Source of the DNA: a virus
Direction: 5' to 3' (one strand)
IMG/VR virus record: IMGVR_UViG_3300005613_000011
Coordinates: 49,267-113,266 of that record
Length of the DNA: 64,000 nt
Below, in pieces: positions 19,614 through 29,228 of the stretch. Made by a program: the position numbers and the translations under genes. Below the pieces are notes generated by a model. That model saw only the letters and a program-made list of their open reading frames with translations. It was not told the DNA's origin and did not search any database. Positions within the stretch are counted from its first letter, which is position 1. Each line of letters begins with the position of its first letter.

Positions 19614-21853
19614 GTAATAAAGATAAAAAGTTTAAATTTGGACCTAGAACATGGACGGAACATGAAGAGATATTATTATATTGTATGAGGGAAGACGGAG
19701 TAAATTATCGTATTATTGCATCCGAATTATATCGTTCTATAGATTCCTGTGAGAAGAAATACAGAAATACAAACTGGTCGCAAAAATCGTTTTACGATCA
19801 CCAAAAACACACGGTTAAAGAAGGACTAAAAAGAGGATATCTTGAACGCATTACGCAGTTAAGAGATAAGAGACTTTATGATTATAAAGTAAAAGCAGAC
19901 ATTATAGCTGATCGTATTGCCCGAGCTGTTGAGGGATTGCCAAGAGTTCCAAAACCAAGATATAGTCGCAAAAAAAGCCATAAAAAAGACCATATAGAAG
20001 ATGTAGGTCTTGTTTTGAGCGATTGCCATATTGGTCAGGAATTCACTATGGAAGAAACAGGCAATTTATGCGAATATAATTTGCAAGTGTTTAAGCGTAG
20101 GATTAAAAATCTTATGTATGCCTCTGCGGATATTGTTGAATTGCATTCTCAGTTGTACCAATTGCCAACAATGCATATTTTTTGTTTGGGAGATATAGTA
20201 GCTGGCATGAACGATGTTGGTGCTTGGTCGCCAACTTATATTAATATGCCTATTTTCGAGCAGTTTGTAGAAGGTGTCGAGGCGATATCTGATACTATTA
20301 ATTATTGGCTTGGTATTTTTGATAATATTAGATTTTATGGTGTCTACGGAAATCATGGAAAATGTCAAGACAAAAATACAAAAATTCTAACACCAGATGG
20401 ATATAAAACTTACGACCAAATAAAAGAAGGTGATCTTGTTGGCACGGTTAATATGGAAAGTAACAAATTTGAGTTCCAACCAGTACAAAAAGTTCATATT
20501 TATGAAAACGAACCAAATCTTGTGGTTGGCAAGACTGCTTCTGTAGAAATAAAGCAAACATTAGATCATGATGTTTTAATTTATAGTCGGGATAAAAAAA
20601 GACTAAGCAAGGTTAAAGCTAAGTCATTAGTGAAAAATACTAGTACGCATCATATAATACCAGTTTCTACACGTTCTAATAATGCTGATTACAATATATC
20701 AGATGACATGTTACGTTTGTTGGGTATCATTATGACAGATGGCAGATATCCTCCTAGATGTAAAAGTATGATGATTTATCAATCAAAGATTAAAAATATA
20801 AACAAAATAAAGAAATTACTTGAAAGATTAGGTTGCGAATTTAAGATATATAAAAGAAAAAAGAATGTTGATTCAATTTTAGGGAAAAAACTTAAATCAA
20901 CTAAAATAGAAAATTGTTTTTATATTAATTCTTCTGATCTGACACGAGAAATAAGAGATCTTTTACCGATTAAAGAATCTATACCTAATTGGATGTATAA
21001 TTTATCTGATCGTCAAGTTAAAATTATTTTAGAATATATAGTACTTGGAGATGGTAGTGTTAGAAAAAAGAAAAAACGTAAAGACGGAAACATAAGAAAA
21101 GGAGGGTTAGATATAATCTGGGGTAAAAAAGATTTTATTGAATCTCTTGCAGGTTTGTTAATCTCTCATAATATCTCTTGTTCACTAAACAAACATAAAA
21201 GAAAAAAACATAATTCGCAAACAAAAAATCAAGAAAATTGGTATTTGCAAATTAAGAAGCGAGCATGTTATTGTATCAAGTCAAGCCAATTTAATATTGT
21301 TGATTATAATGATACTGTATGGTGTGTAACTGTTGAGAATGGAACTATTGCTGTTCTTAGTGGCCAGGGAGACGCATATTTTACTGGTAATTGCGCTTCT
21401 AAGGGTGTTGAGAAAGAATATGTCAACTGGGATTATATGTGTTACCAGTTTTTGATGGCAAGATTTAAAGGCAATCCAAGGATAGAATTTATTGTACCTA
21501 AGACATGGTGGATATTCGAAAAAATAAGAAATCATAAATTCCTTATTGTCCATGGTGACGATCTAAGAGGGGTGACTTGGCCTGCTCGTAATCTCGTTAA
21601 TTACGAACAAAAAATGATGTCCATCCTTAAGGACATACCAAATTATACGATAGCCGGGCATTATCATAGTGCAGCGGAACTTTCTACTAATCATGGTAAA
21701 GTGATGCTAAACGGTGGATTTGTAGGAGGTGATATTTATTCGTTGAAGAATCTCCAGAAATCTTCAAAGGCAGAACAAAAAATATTTGGTATTCACGATA
21801 AGCGCGGTGTTACTTGGACATATGATCTTGATTTAAATGATGACCGGAGGTGA
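19610..21853 (+). CDS. Calcineurin-like metallophosphoesterase with N-terminal Myb/HTH-like segment, interrupted by an intein
   Basis: Motifs SDCH, LGD, GNH, HGD, GHYH; likely start is ATG 19610 (ATGA overlap with the upstream stop). Confidence 0.8.
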   Translation: MSNKDKKFKFGPRTWTEHEEILLYCMREDGVNYRIIASELYRSIDSCEKKYRNTNWSQKSFYDHQKHTVKEGLKRGYLERITQLRDKRLYDYKVKADIIADRIARAVEGLPRVPKPRYSRKKSHKKDHIEDVGLVLSDCHIGQEFTMEETGNLCEYNLQVFKRRIKNLMYASADIVELHSQLYQLPTMHIFCLGDIVAGMNDVGAWSPTYINMPIFEQFVEGVEAISDTINYWLGIFDNIRFYGVYGNHGKCQDKNTKILTPDGYKTYDQIKEGDLVGTVNMESNKFEFQPVQKVHIYENEPNLVVGKTASVEIKQTLDHDVLIYSRDKKRLSKVKAKSLVKNTSTHHIIPVSTRSNNADYNISDDMLRLLGIIMTDGRYPPRCKSMMIYQSKIKNINKIKKLLERLGCEFKIYKRKKNVDSILGKKLKSTKIENCFYINSSDLTREIRDLLPIKESIPNWMYNLSDRQVKIILEYIVLGDGSVRKKKKRKDGNIRKGGLDIIWGKKDFIESLAGLLISHNISCSLNKHKRKKHNSQTKNQENWYLQIKKRACYCIKSSQFNIVDYNDTVWCVTVENGTIAVLSGQGDAYFTGNCASKGVEKEYVNWDYMCYQFLMARFKGNPRIEFIVPKTWWIFEKIRNHKFLIVHGDDLRGVTWPARNLVNYEQKMMSILKDIPNYTIAGHYHSAAELSTNHGKVMLNGGFVGGDIYSLKNLQKSSKAEQKIFGIHDKRGVTWTYDLDLNDDRR
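20363..21391 (+). mobile_element. Cis intein (343 aa) with LAGLIDADG endonuclease in the phosphoesterase
   Basis: Starts CQDKNTKILTPDG, block B TLDH, LAGLIDADG-like LLGIIMTDG and YIVLGDG, ends VWCVTVENG...FTGN followed by Cys(+1). Confidence 0.9.
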
Positions 21854-22311
21854 ATTGTCTTTTGAAAAAAATGAGCGTACATTTTTCTAGCAAGGATATG
21901 ACATGGGAAACTCCGCAGGATCTTTTTGACAATTTAAATGCCGAGTTTAATTTTACACTAGATCCTTGTTGCACAAAAGAAACTTCAAAGTGTGATAAAT
22001 TCTTTACCCCTGATGATGGGCTTTTACAGGATTGGAGTAAAGATATCGTTTTTATGAATCCTCCTTATGGTCGTAAAATAGGTTATTGGATGAAGAAGGC
22101 ATTTCTTGAGTCTCGGAAAGGTGCAACTGTTGTGTGTCTCATCCCTTCAAGGACGGATACTGCTTGGTGGCATGATTACGCCATGAAAGGCGAAATTCGA
22201 TTTATTCGTGGCCGACTCAAGTTTAGTGGAGCGAAATGCAGCGCACCATTTCCATCTGCTGTTATAATATTCAGGCCAGCGATTACTTTTTTAGAAAACA
22301 AAGAAATATGA
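21850..22311 (+). CDS. Phage-type DNA N6-adenine methyltransferase (Dam-like)
   Basis: WETPQ, FTLDPC, NPPY, LIPSRTDT, IRFIRGRLKF. Confidence 0.9.
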   Translation: MNCLLKKMSVHFSSKDMTWETPQDLFDNLNAEFNFTLDPCCTKETSKCDKFFTPDDGLLQDWSKDIVFMNPPYGRKIGYWMKKAFLESRKGATVVCLIPSRTDTAWWHDYAMKGEIRFIRGRLKFSGAKCSAPFPSAVIIFRPAITFLENKEI

Positions 22312-22393
22312 TTAGAAGAAATCCTTGATATAGAACCGAGATAATTCAAGGATTTTAAAACCATTTATCGAAATAATAGATGGAGATAAAAAA

Positions 22394-22861
22394 ATGATCG
22401 ATTTGCCACAATGGTTAGAAACTCATATATCCGACATAGAGTGTCCTAATTGCGGTAAAAGTCTCAAAAGTGAAACTGTAACAGCGGTTGGAATCAAGGA
22501 ATACAAAGAAGGTAAGAACAAAAAGAAAAAAACTTCTTATCTTACAATCGAACATACTTGCGATTATTGCGGTAAAAGTTATGGTTTTGATATAACGCAA
22601 TGCGATGTTAAAGAATATATTTGTGACATGATAGAGAAATACGGTCTTGCAGAACAAGTTGATAATGATGAAGGGGATGAAGTTATTCCCAGTTTTTCCG
22701 TAAGTAAAAAAGAGAATGATAAAAAAAATCAAAGCGGTATTTCACAGGAAGAGGTGGACTGTTTCAGACTTATTACAAAAAACATTTTAACGTGGGAAGC
22801 TATGATGAAAAGTGTTGGAATTTCAAAGGATGATATTGAAAAATATATTAAAGAGAAGTAA
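22394..22861 (+). CDS. Zinc-ribbon hypothetical protein
   Basis: CPNC and CDYC pairs; GGAG RBS. Confidence 0.6.
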   Translation: MIDLPQWLETHISDIECPNCGKSLKSETVTAVGIKEYKEGKNKKKKTSYLTIEHTCDYCGKSYGFDITQCDVKEYICDMIEKYGLAEQVDNDEGDEVIPSFSVSKKENDKKNQSGISQEEVDCFRLITKNILTWEAMMKSVGISKDDIEKYIKEK

Positions 22862-23916
22862 TGCCAACAGTTAGTTATTATAAATTGTCTTTTTTTCTCA
22901 TAGAATCAGCTTGCACTGGTGTCAATTGTTCTTTTGTCGATTTACAAGTCGATACGTCAAAAGATGGTTTTGTTGGTTTCAAGAACGGAAAGATTTGTGT
23001 TGGAGAACCTGTTAGTTGGGCCGAAACAAATAGCAGAATTGTTTCTGTGTATTTTGAGAATTTTAAGAAGATCTGTAATTGCAGTTTATTAATGAATCCT
23101 TCTGAAACTAAAAAAGTATTAGAATTATGGGAAGAGTTTTTAGCTTTTATATGCTATGACAATGAGTCGTTGGAAGAATCTAGACCGAACGAATCGATTA
23201 AGCTCAGGTTATTCCAGTTCCCTATTGTTTGGTTATTGATGAAGGATATTATATGTCCTTCATATGAAGTAACTATAAAAAATGCTCCAGTAATAGTCGT
23301 GAAAGACACTCCGCTATGTGATGTCTCAAATTACGTTGATAAAGACGAAGACTCGTTTATAATCGTTAATAGTGATGTCGAATACAAACCGGTGAGAGAC
23401 GCATTTGTTCTGTTGTCTGTTCTTGAGTATCATGGTTTTAACCCCTGTGATTTGATAAGGGAAATAATGTTATCAGATCTGAAAGATAAAGTTACTAATG
23501 CCATGAAACTGGCTTATAATAAAGACAAGGAAATAAATGATTTCTTGATGACTCTTCTCACTTTTGCTGGTATAGAAAATAAAGTTGAACAACTTGTAGT
23601 CGATTCTGTAAAAAGAGCTAGTAGCAACAAGATAGTTAAGCAGGCACAATATAATAACCTTACTAATTCCTTTTGGTATTTTGGTCTTTTAGAGAAAATG
23701 CTTGAACCGGCGAGAGGATCCGATTGGAGTGTTTATAGAAATCTTCTTCCATGGTTCAAGGATATAGAGACAAAAATCGAAAAAGAGAAGAGAAAAGCAG
23801 GGAGGGACGGAGTTAATTACGAATATATGCTGAGAATAAAAAGTGGAGAAAACACTAAGGAAGAAAACGAAAAAATTATTGAAAAGAGACTTGGGACTGA
23901 TAGAGTTGGACCATAG
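22861..23916 (+). CDS. Hypothetical protein
   Basis: 351-aa ORF translationally coupled to the upstream gene (TAATG). Confidence 0.6.
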   Translation: MPTVSYYKLSFFLIESACTGVNCSFVDLQVDTSKDGFVGFKNGKICVGEPVSWAETNSRIVSVYFENFKKICNCSLLMNPSETKKVLELWEEFLAFICYDNESLEESRPNESIKLRLFQFPIVWLLMKDIICPSYEVTIKNAPVIVVKDTPLCDVSNYVDKDEDSFIIVNSDVEYKPVRDAFVLLSVLEYHGFNPCDLIREIMLSDLKDKVTNAMKLAYNKDKEINDFLMTLLTFAGIENKVEQLVVDSVKRASSNKIVKQAQYNNLTNSFWYFGLLEKMLEPARGSDWSVYRNLLPWFKDIETKIEKEKRKAGRDGVNYEYMLRIKSGENTKEENEKIIEKRLGTDRVGP

Positions 23917-23931
23917 AGAAAAAGGAATAAA

Positions 23932-24117
23932 ATGTTAGATAATAAAGAAATATACGATATATTGTGCAATATTTTACAGAAGTTTAGAGTAGCTAGAAGT
24001 CTTCTTGTTGACGGAAAAGAAATTCCAGCCGATAAAAAGTTTCAAGGAATTTATGATAACCTTATAAAACTTACACAATTATTAGAGACCGAAAGTGAAG
24101 ATAATAAAAACTCGTGA
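23932..24117 (+). CDS. Small hypothetical protein
   Basis: AAGGA RBS; fills the operon. Confidence 0.5.
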   Translation: MLDNKEIYDILCNILQKFRVARSLLVDGKEIPADKKFQGIYDNLIKLTQLLETESEDNKNS

Positions 24118-24292
24118 ATATATGAAAATTGCAGGAAGCTGGGACATATATCCTAATTTTCACAAGCACAGAGATAGGGGGGATGAGGGATCTGTCTTAT
24201 TCCAGCAACCTTGCTTACCAAAAACGGAAGACGATATTAAAGAAGAGTGGGGAAAAAAGAAGAAAAAGAAGAAGAGTAAAAAGAATAAATGA
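24095..24292 (+). CDS. Small basic hypothetical protein
   Basis: Overlaps both neighbours; Lys-rich C-terminus. Confidence 0.45.
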   Translation: MKIIKTREYMKIAGSWDIYPNFHKHRDRGDEGSVLFQQPCLPKTEDDIKEEWGKKKKKKKSKKNK

Positions 24293-25824
24293 GTGATGAA
24301 ATATCTTTAATAATTACTAATACTACCACTTTTGTAAAAGGCAGACTCAAGTCTGATATATATCAAGGGCTTAAGAGAAAACTTGGATATATGCCTACAA
24401 ATGCCTTTTTCACTGTAAAGTATTTAAAGATGAATCCTGAATTCAGCAAGAAACCCTGGCTGAAGAATTATGACGGGCATATCACTACTGTATGTTATAA
24501 CAAGGCAAAATGCAGATGTACTATCAAGAAAGAAGGAACTCACTTCCCAACAGGTCTTGTTAGTAAGGCAATAGAATATTTCAAAAGCAAGTATGTTAAT
24601 TGTAAAGTCTACGATAAGCGTACTAAGGTTGAACCTTCTCTTTCTTTAAGCATAAACGAAGAGAAATTTGAACTTAGAGATTATCAAAAAGATGTAATTG
24701 ATAAGGCTCTGTACGCTGAACGAGGTATTATTAAGATGGCGACTGGTGGGGGGAAGACCCCGACTGTTGCTGGCATTATATCCAAGGCCAATATTAGTCC
24801 TTTTGTGTTTTATGTAACGTCAAAAGATTTACTGAAACAGGCAAAAAGCGAATTGCAAAAATTTGTTCTTTGTAACGGTTCTCATTTGGATGTTGGAGTT
24901 ATAGGTGACGGTCAGTGTGACATTAAAGATATAAATGTTATGACAGTTCAAACCGCTGTTCGTGCTTGCGGGATGAAATATAAAAAGTTTGATGATGAGG
25001 AAGAATCTAAAGAGAAAGGTATTTCTGAAAAATATAGGGATGATATTAAAAATCTTATAACTTGTGCTAAAGGGATATACGTTGATGAATGCCACCATGT
25101 GAGATCAGAATCGTGTCAGATTATTTCTGATATGTCTGTTAATGCTAGACTAAGATATGGTGGTTCAGCTACACCTTACAGGGACGAGAGTGATGACATA
25201 TTAATAGAATCTTGTTTTGGTAGAAACATATGTGATATTAATGCTTCTTTCCTTATTAATGCCGGTTATTTGATCAAGCCTGATGTTTATTTTGTCCCAA
25301 TTAACAATATGAGAGGCAGGGGATTCGGAACATATGTGACAGCATATAAAAAAGCAATAGTAAAAAATTCGGTAAGAAATGATATTATTGTGAAAGTTGC
25401 AGAACAATTTGTAAACAACGGAAGAGTAATTTTGATTCTTTGTCGTTATATTGAACACGGGAAAATGTTGGAGAAATTGATTCCTGGTAGTGTTTTTCTT
25501 CATGGCGCTCATTCCTCTAAAAAAAGAAAAGAACATTTAGATAAAATTAGAAAACGAAAGGCTTCTGTTACAATATCTTCCATTATTTTTGATGAAGGAA
25601 TTGACGTAAAGCCATTAGATACATTAATTCTTGCCGGTTCGGGGAAATCGGCTACTCGTGCATTGCAAAGGATTGGTCGTATCTTGAGAACTTTCCCAGG
25701 TAAAGACGAAGCAACTGTTATTGATTTTATGGACAACTGTAAATATATGTTATCTCATAGTAAAAGGCGTAAGAAAATTTATAAGACCGAGCCGGAATTT
25801 AATATTGATCAACTGTCCTTTTAG
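24289..25824 (+). CDS. Superfamily 2 DNA helicase (UvsW/XPB-like)
   Basis: LRDYQ, ATGGGKT, DECH, SATP, DEGID, QRIGR motifs. Confidence 0.92.
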   Translation: MSDEISLIITNTTTFVKGRLKSDIYQGLKRKLGYMPTNAFFTVKYLKMNPEFSKKPWLKNYDGHITTVCYNKAKCRCTIKKEGTHFPTGLVSKAIEYFKSKYVNCKVYDKRTKVEPSLSLSINEEKFELRDYQKDVIDKALYAERGIIKMATGGGKTPTVAGIISKANISPFVFYVTSKDLLKQAKSELQKFVLCNGSHLDVGVIGDGQCDIKDINVMTVQTAVRACGMKYKKFDDEEESKEKGISEKYRDDIKNLITCAKGIYVDECHHVRSESCQIISDMSVNARLRYGGSATPYRDESDDILIESCFGRNICDINASFLINAGYLIKPDVYFVPINNMRGRGFGTYVTAYKKAIVKNSVRNDIIVKVAEQFVNNGRVILILCRYIEHGKMLEKLIPGSVFLHGAHSSKKRKEHLDKIRKRKASVTISSIIFDEGIDVKPLDTLILAGSGKSATRALQRIGRILRTFPGKDEATVIDFMDNCKYMLSHSKRRKKIYKTEPEFNIDQLSF

Positions 25825-25831
25825 TGATAAA

Positions 25832-26060
25832 GGGTTTGAGTAGTGATGCTCAACGTAAGAGTTGATTAGGGAGCTTAACTTAGGAAAAAGTTATGCAGAA
25901 GTTATTAGAAAAGTTAAAGAACACACCTACAAGTACTTTCCTAGCTTGTAGCCCTGTAAATCTTGTATTAAACAAAGTTGAAAGACTTAGTGTACAGGAT
26001 AAAGTACTGTCTAATAACAATCCCGAAGGGAATCTACCTCAACGTAAAGAGGAGAAGAAC
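25832..26060 (+). ncRNA. IscB omega-RNA (OMEGA system), 5' end apparently eroded
   Basis: TTGAG...CTCAACGTAAGAGTTGATTAGGGAGC, CTACAAG...CTTGTAG stem, AATCCCGAAGGGAA, located directly upstream of a PLMP-domain ORF. Confidence 0.7.
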
Positions 26061-26478
26061 TTGAGAGTATCTTCTAAAGTTTACGTATTAAGTAAGAGAG
26101 GAGAGCCTTTAATGCCTTGTTCTCCTAGAAAAGCAAAGAAATTATTAAAGGAGAAAAGAGCAAATGTAATCAAGAGATCACCTTTTACGTTAAAATAACA
26201 AGAAAGCCCACGACTTTAGTCGTGGGAGTATGTCAAAATTAAATAGAAAAGGCTTTAAGAGATCTATTAGGAGAAAGAGATATAATATCCAACCTAAAGA
26301 TTTAGTCAAAATTAGTAATAAGTGGTTTGAGACAAAAGGTAGTCATTGCAAAGGTTCTAGAGTAATGATCTCAGGTAAATCAATGAATATTAATTTAGTA
26401 GAACGAGTTTTTCATTATGGATCTTTAGTGTGGAGGAGTGTGGAGGTTGGCTATTCTTTTGTCAATAATATAGCATGA
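26061..26478 (+). pseudogene. iscB: IscB pseudogene: PLMP N-terminus and C-terminal domain kept, RuvC/HNH core missing
   Basis: TTG start after GAGGAG; VYVLSKRGEPLMPCSPRKAKKLLK...PFT, then NRKGFKRSIRRKRYNIQPKDLV...KGSHCKG C-terminal segment in another frame. Confidence 0.8.
26189..26236 (+). mobile_element. 48-bp IS605-family mini-element (left-end/right-end hybrid)
   Basis: Follows TTAC (26185-88); 33-bp identity to the left end at 55920-55952 and 25-bp identity to the right end at 57291-57315; ends in TCAA. Confidence 0.85.
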
Positions 26479-26714
26479 AAATGATAATTAAAACAAGCAT
26501 TATAACTGATACCGGTGGTTCTGGTTTATATTCAATAAAATCAAGAGACTGGTCCATGCTAGAGTCTTTGTCATTTTCTTTTTCGTTAGGTGTTGATGGT
26601 TCTGAATTTGGATCAAATAATAAGTTTATTTGTTTTTCGTGGAGAGAAAATTGTCGGTCAAGTAGATCGTGGGATTGGCATTGTGTTTCATCCTATAAAC
26701 CTTACCATCGTTGA
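26475..26714 (+). CDS. Small Ser/Trp/Cys-rich hypothetical protein
   Basis: 79-aa ORF with ATGA overlap. Confidence 0.4.
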   Translation: MKMIIKTSIITDTGGSGLYSIKSRDWSMLESLSFSFSLGVDGSEFGSNNKFICFSWRENCRSSRSWDWHCVSSYKPYHR

Positions 26715-26732
26715 TTTTAAATTATTAAAAAT

Positions 26733-27821
26733 ATGAGATCGTATTCACCTGTTCATATTGATTTTAATACTTGCAAGTGTTGTGAAACTTTTTATTCCAA
26801 AGTTAATTATATCGTTAATAGAATAAGTGGAATGACAAATCCTTATACAGGGAATAAAAGAAATATCATTCCAACGATGTTGAATCTGCTTGAAAAAGAA
26901 AATATAGAGTACGATTCTGTTCTCGACTTATTTAGCGGTAGCGCTTATGTCTCTATGGCTATGAAGTATATGGGAAAAAACGTTATATCAAACGACATTT
27001 TATTAAGTTCTTATTATTATGCAAAAGCATTTGTTGAAAATGATTTTATGAAGATCTCTGAAGAGCAAAAAGATTATTTATTGAATAATGAAAATAAAGA
27101 TAGGAGTAGTTTTGTAGAAGAAAATTTTCATAACAGGTTCACAGATAACGAAGCGAAGTTTCTTGATAATTTTCATGCAAACGCAAAAAATCTTGATAAT
27201 GATTATGCGGAAGCATTAGCTTTTTCCAATATGCAAATGTATATAGAGGACAGGTGTTTTTTAGGTGGAAGACTTAATAATGGACAAATTATAGCAGAAC
27301 TTGATTTTAGAATATCTCACAATAGAAATAAAGGTTTTGAGATGCCGTTTACGAATATGCGTTGGTATTCCTTCGTAGATGATTTTAATACTGTGACTTG
27401 TTGTAAATCGTTTTGCGAAGATTCAATTGAACTTTTGGAGTCAGGTAATGTTGGTGTTGACTTGGCATATATAGATCCTCCCTATGGTGGTCAACAAAGT
27501 GATTATGGTTTTATGTACAACTTTTTGGAATCTTATGTCAGACAACAATTACCTGAAAAGTGGCCTACTGCACAACATATGAAAAGATTTGTCAAGAAAG
27601 ACGATTATGAAGACAATTTTATAGAGATGATAGAATTAGTATCTGATATTCCTGTTCTTGTTGTAAGCTATAATAATTCGTCTTGGTCAGAGATAGATCA
27701 CATAAAGGAAATTTTGTTTAGACATAGAGACGAGGTGCAAGCGATAGAAGTTAATTACGATTATAATTATCGTGATAAAAAGAACAAATCTGGTGTAGAA
27801 TATTTGATTATTGCAAGATGA
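26733..27821 (+). CDS. DNA adenine methyltransferase (D12/alpha class)
   Basis: PYTGNKR, DLFSGSAYV, SND, YIDPPY. Confidence 0.9.
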   Translation: MRSYSPVHIDFNTCKCCETFYSKVNYIVNRISGMTNPYTGNKRNIIPTMLNLLEKENIEYDSVLDLFSGSAYVSMAMKYMGKNVISNDILLSSYYYAKAFVENDFMKISEEQKDYLLNNENKDRSSFVEENFHNRFTDNEAKFLDNFHANAKNLDNDYAEALAFSNMQMYIEDRCFLGGRLNNGQIIAELDFRISHNRNKGFEMPFTNMRWYSFVDDFNTVTCCKSFCEDSIELLESGNVGVDLAYIDPPYGGQQSDYGFMYNFLESYVRQQLPEKWPTAQHMKRFVKKDDYEDNFIEMIELVSDIPVLVVSYNNSSWSEIDHIKEILFRHRDEVQAIEVNYDYNYRDKKNKSGVEYLIIAR

Positions 27822-28669
27822 AAAATAATAGCACAAAAAAAACAATACTCGACATACTGAAAAAAGAATTTAGTATAAAGAAGAAGAAAAACAAAAAGAC
27901 TCCTAAAGAACAACCAGTTGAACTGTACGGGTCTAATACATCAATAAAAGATATATCATTTTCTGATATTAAGAAAAATGTTTCCTGGACGATAAGAGAT
28001 GATATTCTCGACTGGAGAAACTCTGATTTTGTTATATATATACAAAACAAGTTTAATGAAAAAATAGATTCGACCTGGGAATGCGATAAAGTCGCAATGG
28101 TTCTATTTTTTGGTAAGATTACAGACACATTAACAGAGATTGTAAGTTTTTGTGATAATATAGTAATCAAAGATTATATAGACTTTTTCATAGACAACTG
28201 GGCGGGTTATTACGTACAAGAGAAGGGGAATTTTACACTTTGGTATATGAATGAAAATGCTCCTATGAAGGATTTTTTTAAGCGTTATGATTATAACGAA
28301 AGTTTCAGGAAATATTTCTCGGCTACTAAAAAGAAAGATGATAACAAAGAGGTTACTTCAAAAGAAATAGAACACTATTATTATGCTGGTGGGCAAAGCT
28401 TGATACTTGAATATGGTTTGCTTCTTCCTCTCAATTGGTTGATAGAATGTAAAAAATATTCACTTGAACAGTCTGTTATTTACATAGTAGGAGCTTTTGG
28501 AGCATTGCATTCAAATGGTAATTGGAGAGAAGTTATTCAAAAGACAGAAAGTTTAAACCCTTATCCAGGTAGTTTCTTTGTACAAAATTGTGATAGTATA
28601 TTTGAAAAGTTAAATCTTGATATAAAATTAAACCTAGTATTTTCGGAAAGGAATTGGTGTAAGTTTTAA
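27818..28669 (+). CDS. Hypothetical protein
   Basis: 283-aa ORF, ATGA-coupled. Confidence 0.6.
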   Translation: MKNNSTKKTILDILKKEFSIKKKKNKKTPKEQPVELYGSNTSIKDISFSDIKKNVSWTIRDDILDWRNSDFVIYIQNKFNEKIDSTWECDKVAMVLFFGKITDTLTEIVSFCDNIVIKDYIDFFIDNWAGYYVQEKGNFTLWYMNENAPMKDFFKRYDYNESFRKYFSATKKKDDNKEVTSKEIEHYYYAGGQSLILEYGLLLPLNWLIECKKYSLEQSVIYIVGAFGALHSNGNWREVIQKTESLNPYPGSFFVQNCDSIFEKLNLDIKLNLVFSERNWCKF

Positions 28670-29170
28670 ATGAAAGAGATTTTAAACGAAAGGATCAAGT
28701 CAGAAATTTTATTTTTAATTGCAGAAGATGGTTCTACCATAGGTGCGGTTACTAGAGAAGAGGCGTTGCAGAGGTCGAGATCTGCCGGATTGGATCTCGT
28801 GCTCATTTCGCATAAAAATAATGATAAACCACCGGTTTGTAAGATATTGGATTATGGTAGGATGAAATATGAAGAGAAGAAAAACAACCACAATAAGAAG
28901 AAATCGGTAGTTACGAAGGAGATTAGGCTCAGAAATGCTATGAATATTTCAGATCATGATCTTGATATCAAGCATAGGCAGATGAGAAAATTTCTTGAGA
29001 AGAAAAATAAAGTAAAATATGTATTTGTTGTGAAGGGAAGACAGCGTAGAATGATGGACGAAGCAAAAGAAAAATTAAATGAAAATTTGTCTCAGTTTAA
29101 AGATATTGCTACGTGGGATGAACCAAAAACATCTGATGGTACAATAATTGTATTGTTGTCCCCAAAGTGA
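28670..29170 (+). CDS. infC: Translation initiation factor IF-3
   Basis: LNERIK, GLDLVLIS...PPVCKILDYGRMKYE, KEIRL...ISDHDL..K, GRQ. Confidence 0.93.
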   Translation: MKEILNERIKSEILFLIAEDGSTIGAVTREEALQRSRSAGLDLVLISHKNNDKPPVCKILDYGRMKYEEKKNNHNKKKSVVTKEIRLRNAMNISDHDLDIKHRQMRKFLEKKNKVKYVFVVKGRQRRMMDEAKEKLNENLSQFKDIATWDEPKTSDGTIIVLLSPK

Positions 29171-29228
29171 TAGACGTTGTTGTTATAATAGATGCGGAAA
29201 TGGATTGTAACAGATAAGGAAGAATAAT

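Noticed and set aside
25893-26060. N-terminal 56 codons of the listed 101-aa ORF
   Set aside because: They overlap the omega-RNA; the TTG at 26061 with a GAGGAG RBS is the more likely IscB start.
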